A stretch of DNA of 64,000 nt, taken from contig RHPI01001168.1 of assembly GCA_009103225.1 (NCBI GenBank), positions 31,308-95,307 of the forward strand, given 5' to 3'. The first letter of the stretch is position 1. Each line of letters begins with the position of its first letter. Below the pieces are notes generated by a model that had not been told where the DNA came from, searched no databases, and was given only the letters and a program-made list of their open reading frames with translations. Shown here piece after piece: positions 1 to 12,915 of this stretch. Source of the DNA: Chlorokybus atmophyticus. Lineage: Eukaryota > Plantae > Mesostigma and Chlorokybus algae. The position numbers were made by a program, and so were the translations under genes.

Positions 1-332
1 AGCGGGAACCACCGGAATGGCCTGCTTTTTGCCGGCGGGGACAAACAGAGCAAACCCTAACTTGAGCGAAACAATGCACCCACGCGTCGACATCGACACA
101 CGCCGTCATCAGGAAAAATGGTTTTTGTGTGTCCACATCGACGAACACTCTGCGACAACGTAAACACAGGCGCTATAATGTGGATTTTCTCGAGTTAATC
201 GTTTGCGAATGGAAGCTGCTCGGTACACCGACTGACCCACCTCAATTGAATACCAAGTTTGTGTTGCACATGACATCGTGTACCGTATTTACCCGTTCAC
301 AGTGCCCCTTCCAACATATCATATTTGTGCGA

Positions 333-337
<5 letters not shown>

Positions 338-423
<86 letters not shown>
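338..423. repeat. Poly-C homopolymer (~85 nt)
   Basis: Uninterrupted C run directly visible; it produces the spurious poly-Pro/poly-Gly ORFs. Confidence 0.9.
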
Positions 424-931
424 NGTATCCGATCGCATGTAATGTAATCCAGCATGGAAACTGCGTAATACAATCGTAACTAAAGTGTAGCTTACTGCAT
501 TTAATGCGTAACCCTAAAGCAGGGGGGCATTGTATACGAGAACGGGGCATATACAGCCTAATTGTGTGCCCCCCTTAAAAATCCAGCGGGGTAATTCTAA
601 TACGGGCACTCGGATTGGGTAAATTCGATAGGCAGCAATGCTTTAATCGATGGCTATGGAATCATAGACTATCGTAGTGCCACGAAATCTTTGTAAAAGG
701 CGCCGACTATTTGCTTTATTTTTCGTCAAAACCCCGCCAACCTATGCAATTGACTTAAAAGTATTTACAATGCAAAAGTCTGACCACCGGTTAGTTGGTA
801 AAAATTACGTAAAGTATCATCGCCAAGTTATTATGTGTGTGTGTGTGTGTGTGTATGTCATGGCACTACGGTATCCTTTCAGACATGATATGTGATCAAC
901 CGACCATGAGGTACCATATTTGTGCAAATCT

Positions 932-1082
932 CCCCCCCCCCCCCCCCCCCCCCNNNNNNNNNNNNNNNNNNNNNNNNNNNNNNNNNNNNNNNNNNNNNNN
1001 NNNNNNNNNNNNNNNNNNNNNNNNNNNNNNNNNNNNNNNNNNNNNNNNNNNNNNNNNNNNNNGGGGGGGGGGGGGGGGGGGG
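932..1082. repeat. Poly-C run, assembly gap (954-1061), poly-G run
   Basis: C run on the left of the N gap and G run on the right. Confidence 0.85.
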
Positions 1083-2518
1083 CTTTGTTTGTAAAAGGGG
1101 GTTGTACTCCACAAATACGGCAGCATAGCATCAAAGCGTGAGTGCATTTATTTAAACAATGTGCTACGCCGCTCAAGTACTGCCTTGACATACTATATTA
1201 ATAATACAAGAGGGTACTTGTTTGTCAATGCATAATGTAAATTATGTGTGTTACCATAGCTCATGGGTTTTGTGTGTGAAGACATGAACAAAGAAGATAC
1301 CGCTATGATAATATTAAGCTTCAGCCCTGAAGCTTAATCCTGAATAAGACCGTATCTTGCATCGGTGTAGGATACGGTTTTATTTGCGTATGTTATAACG
1401 TGCATTTGTGAGCTAGCTCAATACTCATAGTATGAGTACTTGTACTGCATGTTATGAATGATTTATCATATATAAGGTGGATAGACGTATACAATCTATG
1501 TTATATAGTTATATTCCATTATAAGTTTGATTATGTTGTATTAGTTAGCAATCATTACAAAATACCATATTTTCATTTATTCATTTCACCATTCCCTCCA
1601 TGATGTGGTTAATTGCAGTACAAATCTTTGGGAACATACTTCCTTGTAAAAGGAACGTATCTTATTAGATTGAAAAGGCATTAATTGATGCCTTTCAAAC
1701 AATGGCACACGCAAATTTGAGGTATGCGATAAGAAAACGGATTAGAGTAATAATGTAATCAGTAAATTTATCAATTTCATGATTGAAACCATGGCCACAT
1801 TTTTAAACAAGGATCATAAATGACCATTTGATCATAACACATCACAATAAATAAACACAGGTGTGCACTATTCAGATAGTCATTAACACTCGCAACTTAC
1901 CGAGTGCGACGTTGCTTACTATTTGACATGACGGACGGCATTTCTTTATTGCTTTGTCGCAAACATGATGTGTTGCATAACATTGCACAAAGTGCATTGC
2001 AGCAATGCACTTTCAACCCTGGACCCCACTTAAGTTGGATGCCTCTGTGCGTGATCTTTAAATGTCAGACTTCAACGACTTTGAAGTGCCAAGCTATATG
2101 TCATCATGTAAAGGGGCCACAAAACCAGGAGCAATGCACCGATTCACAGAGCAGGCACACCTCAGCACGGAGTCAACAAGGCCAACATGCCAACAACGCC
2201 AACTTGCCAACTTGAACAAGGGGCCTGGGTCCTATGTGCAAGAACTACCATATCATTCAAAGGTATCAGCAAAGCCTGCATGCATCTGCACAACGAGCGC
2301 CCTAACGCTGTCGTCAACGTTGCCGGCAACGCTGCCCCCGCAGGATCTCTGACTGAATCTCACTTTGGTAACGCACGCTTGTTGACAGCACTGTGTTGGG
2401 CCGAGCAGCAACAGCAGCGGCGAATGCATGTGCAGTGCGCTTGTTTGCGGTGTGTGCATGCGCATGCCTGAGCTGAAGACGGCAATAGCACCCACACCAC
2501 ACCCACACCCACACTGTC

Positions 2519-4447
2519 ATGGCGCAACGGGGCGGCCGAATGGCTAGCCACCAGGATGAGCAGGAGCAGCAGAAGCAGGACGTAGGCGACGCAAAGCAGC
2601 CTGGCGGCGAGGAGATTCTGCACACTCCGGTTGGGCAGCTCAAGGTTCTGGAGAGAGGCCATGTGTTCTTCTTCTACAAGCCCAAGGTAGGTAGGTAGGC
2701 CGAAGCCTAGAGCTTGACGCGCAAAGTGAGCTTAAGACGGTTTGAGAGCTCTTCCACTGCATGCATGCTTCTGTGCACAGGTTCAGCAGGAGAACCCCCG
2801 CAGCGTGGACGACATTCAGCGGCTCTACATCATATTAAGGCCCATGCCTGTTGAAGCTAAGGAGGGAGAGGTGGCCAAGAGTGCCGACGACGCCAGGGAA
2901 AAGGTTTCAGACGTCAAAGAGGCTCAGGTGGGCCTGTGGCGTTGTAAGGTGCATGCATGCCGGTTGCGTTTGGTGGGTTGTATGTAACAAAGCAAGCGTT
3001 GCAATATCAAAAGAAAGTGTGCCATGCATGCAGCCCGTGCATACAGGTTCGCTGTGCTTATTTCGTGCTGGCGTTACTGTTGTTTTGCGAAGTCTACGCA
3101 GCTTGTTGGGGTGTGATGTGCTGTTGAGAGTGCGGTTGGTGCGTCGACAGCATGATGCTGGGGAGCAGCCGGAGCCAGACGCTAAAAAGCAGAAGACGGA
3201 CAAGGCTGATACCAGTGATGCCACCGAAGTTATTGAGAAAAGCGACAAAGCTGTCCTGCGCGTGATTGCCATCGGCAAGAAGGTTGTGCTTGTGTGAGAG
3301 GACTCAGTACGTGTCATTGTTTAGCAAAGAGTATTGTAGCACAGCAGTTGCACTTTGCTTGCACCTACCAACTCACCATTGACAAAGCGGCTCTCAAGGT
3401 TGATAAGCAGAGTTTTCATGTTGTCGCCGACTCTGCATTGATGATGTTGATGCCTGCAGGTGCTGCCTGAGCCTGGCAGGCGCGAGAGGTTGTGGGGTTT
3501 CGTGGAGTTGGTCACAACAAAGGCGGACACCGTGAAGGAGCACCTCAGCGGTAAAGAGTACGACACTGCTACACGCGGGCATAGACACCAGTGAGTGGCA
3601 AGTACAAGTAGAGCGTTCTTGTTCAGCTTTACGAATTGTTTTGGTGAATTGTGATATCACGCAGGCCTGCTGCGCGGGGTGCTGGTGAGGGCATCTATCG
3701 TATTGTCAGGCACCAAAAGAAGGGCCGTTGTGACACGCACTTTGTATACGCACTTGAAGTGCCGAAGGTGAGAGGCTGTAGCTCTGTCAATCAGTTGCCT
3801 TGGCTGGCTGTGCTGTGCAGCATTATTCACAGAAACTGTGTGACAAAGTAGGAACCCGGGGACGTACAGCGCGAGTTGCGTATTCAAAAGGAAGGCAGCT
3901 TTGTCATGCTGGTACAGTTATTGCAAATGTCAAAGCGCTTTTGTGCGGCATCCATATCACGTGATGGGTTTCCCTGCTTATGGCTTTGCATGATGGTGAT
4001 ATGCACTTAGCTGAGTTGCACTGCTGCAGGTGAAGAACCCTACCGCGCAAACTGCGCCCTCCTGGTCACGCCCAGCTGTACTTGACCCTGCGCAGCAACC
4101 CAAGTTCCCAAAACACCTGCTGGACGTCATCGGCGACCGCCGCTTCATTGTGAGCTCTCAGTCTGCCAGGAGTATGGGCTGGCACGTTCTCGCATAACAA
4201 AAAGCATGCTGACTGTGATCCTGGTGTGCAGCCTCTTGAGCCGGTGGAGTTTCTCAACTACGAGGGCTGTGAGCTGGTGTTTATTGGAGCGTCGCATGAT
4301 GTGAGTTCCGAGTTGGGCATGGAACTGAAGCCTGATGATGAAGACCCCGAGCACCGAGAGAGCCTGGACCTGATCCAGACTCTGCAGCTCCTTGAGGACG
4401 ACCGCGGACTCCCCATGCAACCTCTCATGGAAGGCGAATGGAAGTGA
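2519..4447 (+). CDS. Conserved protein of unknown function, multi-exon (about 8 exons); resembles a family I recall from fungi, plants and some bacteria
   Basis: Hand-spliced: MAQRGGRM...LERGHVFFFYKPK|VQQENPRSVDDIQRLYIILRP...VLRVIAIGKK|VLPEPGRRERLWGFVELV...EYDTATRGHRHQ...ARGAGEGIYRIV...HFVYALEVPK|EPGDVQRELRIQKEGSFVML|VKNP...IGDRRFI|PLEPVEFLNYEGCELVFIGA...GEWK*. GT-AG introns in consistent phase. Family assignment is from memory. Confidence 0.8.
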
Positions 4448-5270
4448 GTGTACAGCGGAAGACGAGTGTACATCACGGCAGTGTTGTTGACGACTGCGCT
4501 TGAGAGAGGCGACCTAGTTGACATAGGTTTTGTAGTGTAGCAGTGCGTGTAGTACTACAGCAGTATAAGTTGGGTTAGTTCTGAGTGAGATACGGGGTTG
4601 CAGATTGGTTAGTGAAATGTACAGGCTGCTCGTGGAAAGAGCTGTGGTCATGTGCTTTGCAAATGCAGGGCCAATGACGCTTTGTTGGCCGAAGCTTCAT
4701 ACTTGTTGAGGTGCTAAAGAAGCAATACTACAAAGTCATCATTGCAGTTGTTGTTGGTAATGATTCGTGTCCAAGTGCGCATATGCACAGAAGATGATAG
4801 TTTGCGTATGCCCTTTTGCGACTTTGCCTCACATAATGCTTGTTGTAATTGCTATGCTTGCCGTGTTTGTGATCACATGGGCTTGTATTACTGCTTTGCT
4901 TCTTGTGCATATATTGTGCAAGAGTGGTGTATTGTGTATCAATTGCCATAGGAAATAGCTATATGTTAAATGTTGTATGCAAAGATTTGTGCGCTGCACA
5001 TAAATTATTGCAAGAGTGTGCAATGTACGGCTTTGCAAACCCGTGGCCTACATAGTGCCCAAGCCATAGCTAATGTGCGCCAACTTTACAATACAAAATG
5101 TCAATGTAAGTTAGCATAATTAGCACGATGATGGACACAAATTATATTAGCTGCTCGCATATCTTGTACACATGCAAGCGCGGCACAAGTTATCATGATA
5201 TGACACAATGGTTTGTACTCATGTAGTAATGGCAGCATAAGCGTGCACACGCGGGGCGGCGGCGGCGGGG

Positions 5271-6248
5271 NNNNNNNNNNNNNNNNNNNNNNNNNNNNNN
5301 NNNNNNNNNNNNNNNNNNNNNNNNNNNNNNNNNNNNNNNNNNNNNNNNNNNNNNNNNNNNNNNNNNNNNNNNNNNNNNNNNNNNNNNNNNNNNNNNNNNN
5401 NNNNNNNNNNNNNNNNNNNNNNNNNNNNNNNNNNNNNNNNNNNNNNNNNNNNNNNNNNNNNNNNNNNNNNNNNNNNNNNNNNNNNNNNNNNNNNNNNNNN
5501 NNNNNNNNNNNNNNNNNNNNNNNNNNNNNNNNNNNNNNNNNNNNNNNNNNNNNNNNNNNNNNNNNNNNNNNNNNNNNNNNNNNNNNNNNNNNNNNNNNNN
5601 NNNNNNNNNNNNNNNNNNNNNNNNNNNNNNNNNNNNNNNNNNNNNNNNNNNNNNNNNNNNNNNNNNNNNNNNNNNNNNNNNNNNNNNNNNNNNNNNNNNN
5701 NNNNNNNNNNNNNNNNNNNNNNNNNNNNNNNNNNNNNNNNNNNNNNNNNNNNNNNNNNNNNNNNNNNNNNNNNNNNNNNNNNNNNNNNNNNNNNNNNNNN
5801 NNNNNNNNNNNNNNNNNNNNNNNNNNNNNNNNNNNNNNNNNNNNNNNNNNNNNNNNNNNNNNNNNNNNNNNNNNNNNNNNNNNNNNNNNNNNNNNNNNNN
5901 NNNNNNNNNNNNNNNNNNNNNNNNNNNNNNNNNNNNNNNNNNNNNNNNNNNNNNNNNNNNNNNNNNNNNNNNNNNNNNNNNNNNNNNNNNNNNNNNNNNN
6001 NNNNNNNNNNNNNNNNNNNNNNNNNNNNNNNNNNNNNNNNNNNNNNNNNNNNNNNNNNNNNNNNNNNNNNNNNNNNNNNNNNNNNNNNNNNNNNNNNNNN
6101 NNNNNNNNNNNNNNNNNNNNNNNNNNNNNNNNNNNNNNNNNNNNNNNNNNNNNNNNNNNNNNNNNNNNNNNNNNNNNNNNNNNNNNNNNNNNNNNNNNNN
6201 NNNNNNNNNNNNNNNNNNNNNNNNNNNNNNNNNNNNNNNNNNNNNNNN
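5271..6248. other. Assembly gap (N run); other gaps at 8005-8680, 18635-18857, 25915-26074 and 56245-56493
   Basis: N characters; most gaps are flanked by G- or C-rich runs. Confidence 1.
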
Positions 6249-6933
6249 GGTCATTCACAATACAAGTACACACTCAGAATTATACGCGGCTACGTATGGA
6301 AGCGAGTGCTAATAACAACTTGTAGTATTAAGAGTGCTTGTGCAAAATGCTACATAAAGCAATATCAAGCAATAGCATAGACGGTGGAATGTCAAAGTAT
6401 TTACCTAGCACAAGTCATTTATGTACTATCAGGGGCCGAGGTACAATGGAAGACTTGGTGATGCTTAACAAACCGCTAACTTGCACTTGAACACTGCATG
6501 TGTGTGTGCAAGTGACAAGACGAGCAATGGATGTAGTGCAAAGATAGTGTTCAATAACCTCCTGCGCAACATTAATAATATAACATGATAAATCATCATA
6601 AAACTTATGATTAGCTGAAGCATAGACGCCATGTTATTAATGATTTACTTTTAATGAGACTTGCGCTTGCATATACACATCACAAATCATTAGCATCGTT
6701 CCCTGCGTTAATAAAGTACATGACAATCGATAGCATGTTGCGAGAGAGGTTGAATACTTTTCGTTGCAATGCGCGCGCGTTGTGTAGTTAAATGCACATG
6801 TTTATGCCGTATTCAATGATCAACTCGCATCACATACTTGTGTGCAACTGTAAAGAATTGATGATGCGAGCTGATTAAAGACGCCTTTACTGATGAACAC
6901 TGTGTGACAGTCACTGGAGCAGCAGAAAAAAGG

Positions 6934-7812
6934 TCAAAGTGCTATTAGAGTAGTTGTCAGCTTGACGACATAGACTTCGTGCTTACCACTGGTGAATGCA
7001 ACGCAATGGGCCAGTACCAGGACTCTCCTGGTGTAGCTTGCCCTTGATGAGCCTGTACTATACTCATGGTCCAGCAGTGCTGGCCCATCAAGGTACACCA
7101 GGCCGGTCCCACAGCGCCTTGCCAAACCCAGTGCCAAAAGCCCAGGCATTCGCCGCATTGCCAGCAGACTGGCGGCGGCGGCGGCGGCACAGTGGCTAGC
7201 GAGGGGTTGCGGCGTCAACGAGAACGACAGTCGTGGCGGCTGTTGGAGCCGAGGCAAGCTTGGCTGGCGGCGCTGCACGCCTGCAATGGGCAGAGGCCAG
7301 CTGCCCTGCCCGTCGCCGCGCAGGTTCGTCAGTGGCTGGCATGGTGCATGGTGTCGTAGTGGACGGCTGCAGTGCTGAGTTGTGTAAAAGCCCTATTACG
7401 CAGCTGTGAATAGAAAGCTCTGGAGAAGGATGGGTTCGCTGTAGTGCCACTTGTGAGTGTTACTGCTCGTCCAGCAGTTGCCCAAGCTCGCTGTCAATGT
7501 AATTTGCACTTCGGCAGGTCTTTGTACGTGTCTATCGCGACAGCCGTTCAGTGGTAACATGGTGCAGCTGCTGCTACCTACGCAAGCAAACCTTTTTCAC
7601 TACGTGCCTCCTTCTTATTCAATGCTTTAACCACAATGTCGCGTTGCTGTCGAGCATGAAAGAGGCGATGTGACGGAACGCAGACGATCACTCAACTGTG
7701 CTTCTGGGGCTGCTGCCAAGTTGACTCCAGCATGCACAGTTACACGCTGGTGGAGGATACTTGCAGAACATCTTGTTGAAGGAGTCGCTGCCATCTCAGC
7801 TTTGTTTGGCAT
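6934..7812 (-). CDS. Possible hypothetical protein, divergent from the mTERF-like gene
   Basis: GC-rich open frames (e.g. LVYLDGPALLDHEY; MPNKAEMAATPSTR), but no recognisable motif and the reading frame is ambiguous. Confidence 0.2.
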
Positions 7813-7907
7813 GTTGTTCTGAAGACCCTTGCACACATTGTGTGCAAAGCACCAGACGGATAAACGCTGCAACCCTGGCTGAGTGCTGCAGGTAGTATCC
7901 AAGCAGC

Positions 7908-10333
7908 ATGAGGGCGTGTTCAGCTTTGCAGGTGAGTCGCAGTGTATGCAACTGGTTGCGTGTGTGCGTGCGCGTGTTGGCGCAATCGCGGGGGGAAGGA
8001 GAGGNNNNNNNNNNNNNNNNNNNNNNNNNNNNNNNNNNNNNNNNNNNNNNNNNNNNNNNNNNNNNNNNNNNNNNNNNNNNNNNNNNNNNNNNNNNNNNNN
8101 NNNNNNNNNNNNNNNNNNNNNNNNNNNNNNNNNNNNNNNNNNNNNNNNNNNNNNNNNNNNNNNNNNNNNNNNNNNNNNNNNNNNNNNNNNNNNNNNNNNN
8201 NNNNNNNNNNNNNNNNNNNNNNNNNNNNNNNNNNNNNNNNNNNNNNNNNNNNNNNNNNNNNNNNNNNNNNNNNNNNNNNNNNNNNNNNNNNNNNNNNNNN
8301 NNNNNNNNNNNNNNNNNNNNNNNNNNNNNNNNNNNNNNNNNNNNNNNNNNNNNNNNNNNNNNNNNNNNNNNNNNNNNNNNNNNNNNNNNNNNNNNNNNNN
8401 NNNNNNNNNNNNNNNNNNNNNNNNNNNNNNNNNNNNNNNNNNNNNNNNNNNNNNNNNNNNNNNNNNNNNNNNNNNNNNNNNNNNNNNNNNNNNNNNNNNN
8501 NNNNNNNNNNNNNNNNNNNNNNNNNNNNNNNNNNNNNNNNNNNNNNNNNNNNNNNNNNNNNNNNNNNNNNNNNNNNNNNNNNNNNNNNNNNNNNNNNNNN
8601 NNNNNNNNNNNNNNNNNNNNNNNNNNNNNNNNNNNNNNNNNNNNNNNNNNNNNNNNNNNNNNNNNNNNNNNNNNNNNNNNGGGAGGGGGGGGGGCTGGGC
8701 TCAGAGCACTGACTTGCAATCTGTTCGTTCAGTTCTAGTCTACGCTGCATTCACCTCTTCTGGCTACCGTGCTTACCCCTGCTCATCTCTCCATGCCCGT
8801 GTGCAGGCAGCCAGCAATTCGTGTCTTCGGCTCGCTCGTGCCACCGTGCTTGGCAATTTGCAAGCAGTTGCTTCAGACTCCGATGCTGCTCTTAGGCTGG
8901 GTCGGTACGTTAGCCATAACTAACTCAGCATGCAGATGATGCTGCAGCTTCGTATCAGGGCTGCTTGATGGTGATGTTGTGGGTTTTCACACACTGCTTG
9001 CCAGGCTAGAAGTCCGCCAATTTTGTGCCAGTGTGGCGTTGGAGGCAGAGGAGTCCAAGTTGGAAGAGGTGAGTCCGGTGCATACTATGAGGGCAGTGTG
9101 TGACGTGCTGCCCTCATGGTAAGAAGTGCGCCGCAACAGGCTCTGACCTGAGTCTGCACATAGCACCATAGCAAGTGTGTGCGTGGTGCTGCATGCCATC
9201 AACGTGCATGACGGAAATGCACAGACAAGACACAACTTGACATGCATGCCTTCATGTGACTTGAGTAGTAGCGTTGTCATGTGCATGTCTGTGCATCAAC
9301 ATTGCAACAACACCTGATATGTCTCAGATAGATTGCATGCCACAGCTAAGGTTGCTAACACCAAGTCTGTTGCCAGGGTGGGAAGGGAAAGCGCTTGGGC
9401 CCGTGGGCGGAGAAGGAGCAGCTGGTGTTGGATGCGTTCTGGCGAAACTTCGGCACAGTCACGCCGTATCAAGTATCAAAAATGGTCCTCCTTGGGCAGC
9501 AGAACGGCATCTTTCGCGATGTGGGAAGGTTACAGCAGCGCATGTTACAGGTGCCACCTTCTTGTCCTTAGCATAGACCGTAGGCGACGCGATCAGGCAC
9601 AAAGGAAAGTATTCAATGTTGTTGTGTGTGTTTAGGCCCTGAGTTTATTGTGTTGTTACAGCTTCAGAGTGTATTCCCCAATGCAGACGTCATCAAGATG
9701 GTTAAGCGGCAGCCGAGGCTGATGTGCGCCAACCCGGAGAGCTTGAAATTTAAAGCTGCTGCAATGAAGGACGCGTTGAGCGTGAGTGACGAGATGTTGA
9801 CACTGATAGTGCAGCGCGTGCCCAGCTTGCTTCACCGCAAGCTCGATGGCGTGCTGGACATCATTGGGTATGTGGAGAACCTCCTGTCCGTGTCCACTGA
9901 GAAGGCGAGAGAGGTGTGCCTGCGCTGCCCGCAGCTGTTCCAATCAGACGCGCAGAGGATGCGCTCGCGCTTTAATTTACTTTGCACCAACGTGGCGTTG
10001 CATAACCTTGGAGATGAGACCTTCGCCCGAGATATGATACTCAACTCCCCACACATCCTGCGCATGAGGGAGGAGCTCATCGCCGCCAAGATAGCCAGGC
10101 TTGTGGGTGAAGTCAGGGATGGACGCCAGTGGGGTGCGTCGACACTTGCACGTTTGGTAGGTGCGAGCGAGGCCGTTCTCGACCGCATGACGTATTGCCG
10201 CCAGCATCAGCTGGCGCTGCCGCCGATCAGCGCCGCACTCCGTCCAGCTGCCAGCTGGCAGAAGATGTACCCTGATTTCGAGGATTGGCGCAAGACGTCT
10301 TCGACAGCTGGCGCAAAGATACTGTTACCCTGA
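7908..10333 (+). CDS. mTERF-like helical-repeat protein with a probable mitochondrial transit peptide
   Basis: Phase-consistent splice: MRACSALQ|AASNSCLRLARATVLG...LGR|LEVRQFCASVALEAEESKLEE|GGKGKRLGPWAEKEQLVLDAFWRNFG...|LQSVFPNADVIKMVKRQPRLM...IVQRVPSLL...VCLRCPQLF...MILNSPHILRM. The repeated 'xxxPxLL' units are mTERF-like. The N-terminus is Arg/Ala/Ser-rich and lacks acidic residues. Confidence 0.6.
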
Positions 10334-11226
10334 GCTCTACTGGTTATGTGGCTCGTAGCCACTTGTTGAGAGCTGAGTCTGCCATAACGGTGCCGTGTAT
10401 AGAGGTGGAGTGCTTTTGGCTGGCTCTGTTGCAAGTGGTTGTCTGTGCCCTTGCGTTTCCATGTACACAATAAAGCAATGTTGAATGCTTTGCTGCATGG
10501 GTTACTCCAGCATGGCTTTGTACGTGACATCTTGCTTGTTGCATCCATTCAGCCCAACAAAACTATATGCGTACAACTCTGATGCAGGTGGTCATGTTAG
10601 AGCTAATGTTTGAGCCTTTGCTGGCTGTCCCACATTGGATGTCCAAGCTGTGATGCTTTGACAATCACCAACCTGTACCATGTCAAGTGCTACAGCAGAC
10701 AACGGCTCCCTGCAGATGTTGCTTCAGTACATGTCATGTACATAGTCCTTTGCCAAATGGCACTATTTGAACAAGTGGTCCACAACCCAACCCAACTGGG
10801 CCAATTGCAGCTGCAGAGTGCAACGCGACTGGGGCTGAACACTGCCTGAACACGTCCTCTGGACGTGTTCAGACAGTGTGAGGCTAGGTGTTGGTGGTCA
10901 GGCCATGTTGGTCTAGTGCTGCATCTAAGCAGCGCTTTAGTACAGCCGTCATGCTGGCAACAACTGCCAACGTCTGAGGAACGAATGCACAAGCCCAGGT
11001 CAAGTAGCCATCTGTGAAACTCGTTGTACACGCATGCAGGCACGCACAGCACGCATTGCACGTTGCCCAATGGTGGTCCTGTCAAGTTGGTTGCCACACA
11101 GTTGGCATGCCAGTCCGTGCCTGAGCAGCCCTGTTGAAGACTTGCTTGTTTTTCACTGCACTCCATTTCAGTCCATGTGGAATTGTTTAGACTCTACACC
11201 CATGTCGTACCTGAGCACCGTGTGCC

Positions 11227-12873
11227 CTACATGTTTCCTTGCTTAATGTCTGATAAGAAAGACTGCAATCGCTCGAGACCAGTCAGAAGAGTCTCTTCCG
11301 ACGCACCGGCAAAGCACAACCGGAACCAGCCGGGCTCATTACTGAAGGCTGCTGCACCTGCGCAACGGACACAGCACAATAGTTAGAACACATAGTCAAG
11401 CCAACATTGTAGTGATGCTAGTGCAAAGTGTTGCAACAATAACAGCACCTGGAGTCATGCAAGTCTTGTACGGTGGCGCTGCAAGTCTTTCAAAAAGCTG
11501 CCATTCCGCCTCCTGTGGGTCCACAGGTTTACCGTCTTGTGTCATGAATCGTAACCATGAGCGCAGATCAACCCAAGCGTACAAGCCGCCCTCCAGCGGC
11601 ACGCTCTCAACCCCTGGTCATGTTATCACCTCAGTTGATGTTGGTCATCACAAATTCGCGCATACAGGCTACCTCATATTATCCTTGCTAATTATCACAG
11701 CTTGAACAAGACAATCTGTGCTGTTTGTGTAACTGTGTGACCATGCTTGTCCGTCTCAAAGGAGGTCACAAGGTCCGCTGTACATGACCCATCACTTTGT
11801 GCAGGAACACATTGGCAAAAACACAGCATGTACTCAACAACACTTACCCATTGCTCGTAAGTGGCTAAGCACGACATCGTAGCGCGCTTGCAGCCGCCTC
11901 CTGTTCTCAATCAGAAATGAATTGACAAACTGCTCGTCCCCGAGACAGTGCGCCAGTATGACCTGCCATGGACACACCCATCAGTATCACAGGCAACATT
12001 GCCGATGACCTCTTATTACTGAGTTCTTAAGAAGGAAGCCCAGACCAACCAAAGCTGTTTGCTATGCTATGTTTGACTGCAGCACACAAGCGATGATGGT
12101 GGCAAGGCAAGCACCTTCATACCAGACGGTACTGATTGTGACACACTACAGATCATACGCATAGGTTGGCAATGACGTACACATCAAGACCAAAACACAG
12201 AATCTGTGATCTGTGTTGCAGCTCCATTACGAGAGAGAGAGAAGTTAAATGTAGACATAGTTAACTCATGCGATCAATACGCTGTGAAGCTGACACTCCA
12301 AAGCCTAGCTTGCCTGTGTTTCGGAAGAGAGGTTGGAAAAGCGGATGCCAAAGCGCACGGCTTGCAGCACAGTCGAGTTGTTTGTGTAGAAGAGACCAAC
12401 GCGAAAGCCTGAGAGCCCGAAATCCTTTGACAGGCCGTACAACACGTGCACGCGGGGGTTATCGGGTGCGAGTTCCAACACGGAGGTGAAGGGTTTGTTG
12501 GAGATTTTGTCGTTGTTGCTGTAGTTAACCACGGTGTTGGTCGCGCGCTCGATGGTGTCGACTATGACACAGCCAGCGTACACCTCATCAGAAATTAGAT
12601 GGATGTCCTTCTCTTCACACCAGGCAATCAGATCCTACAAGCAGGCTGTGCATCACCATCCACAGCAAGTCATCTGCAAGCTTGTATCTGACAACGAATC
12701 CCCGCCCAACAATGCGGCTTGCAAAGTTGGACGCGTCAGTTACATGTTACGCGAGTCAATTTGCACGAAAGTGAGTTAGTCAACCGACAAACTTGCTGGA
12801 AACAAAAAGGAACATCATTGGGTGGGTCTATGTCATGGCCTGCATGCATGCAGTGCTCCTGTCTCTGTGTGCT

Positions 12874-12915
<42 letters not shown>

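Noticed and set aside
129-1191. Poly-Pro/poly-Gly ORFs (extensin-like), also at 44076-44531
   Set aside because: They are translations of C/G homopolymers and N gaps, with no other coding signal.
1904-2352. Possible decayed retroelement ORF
   Set aside because: No RT, RNase H or integrase motif could be recognised.
5101-8923. Long ORFs of 250-390 aa
   Set aside because: Composed almost entirely of X from assembly gaps.
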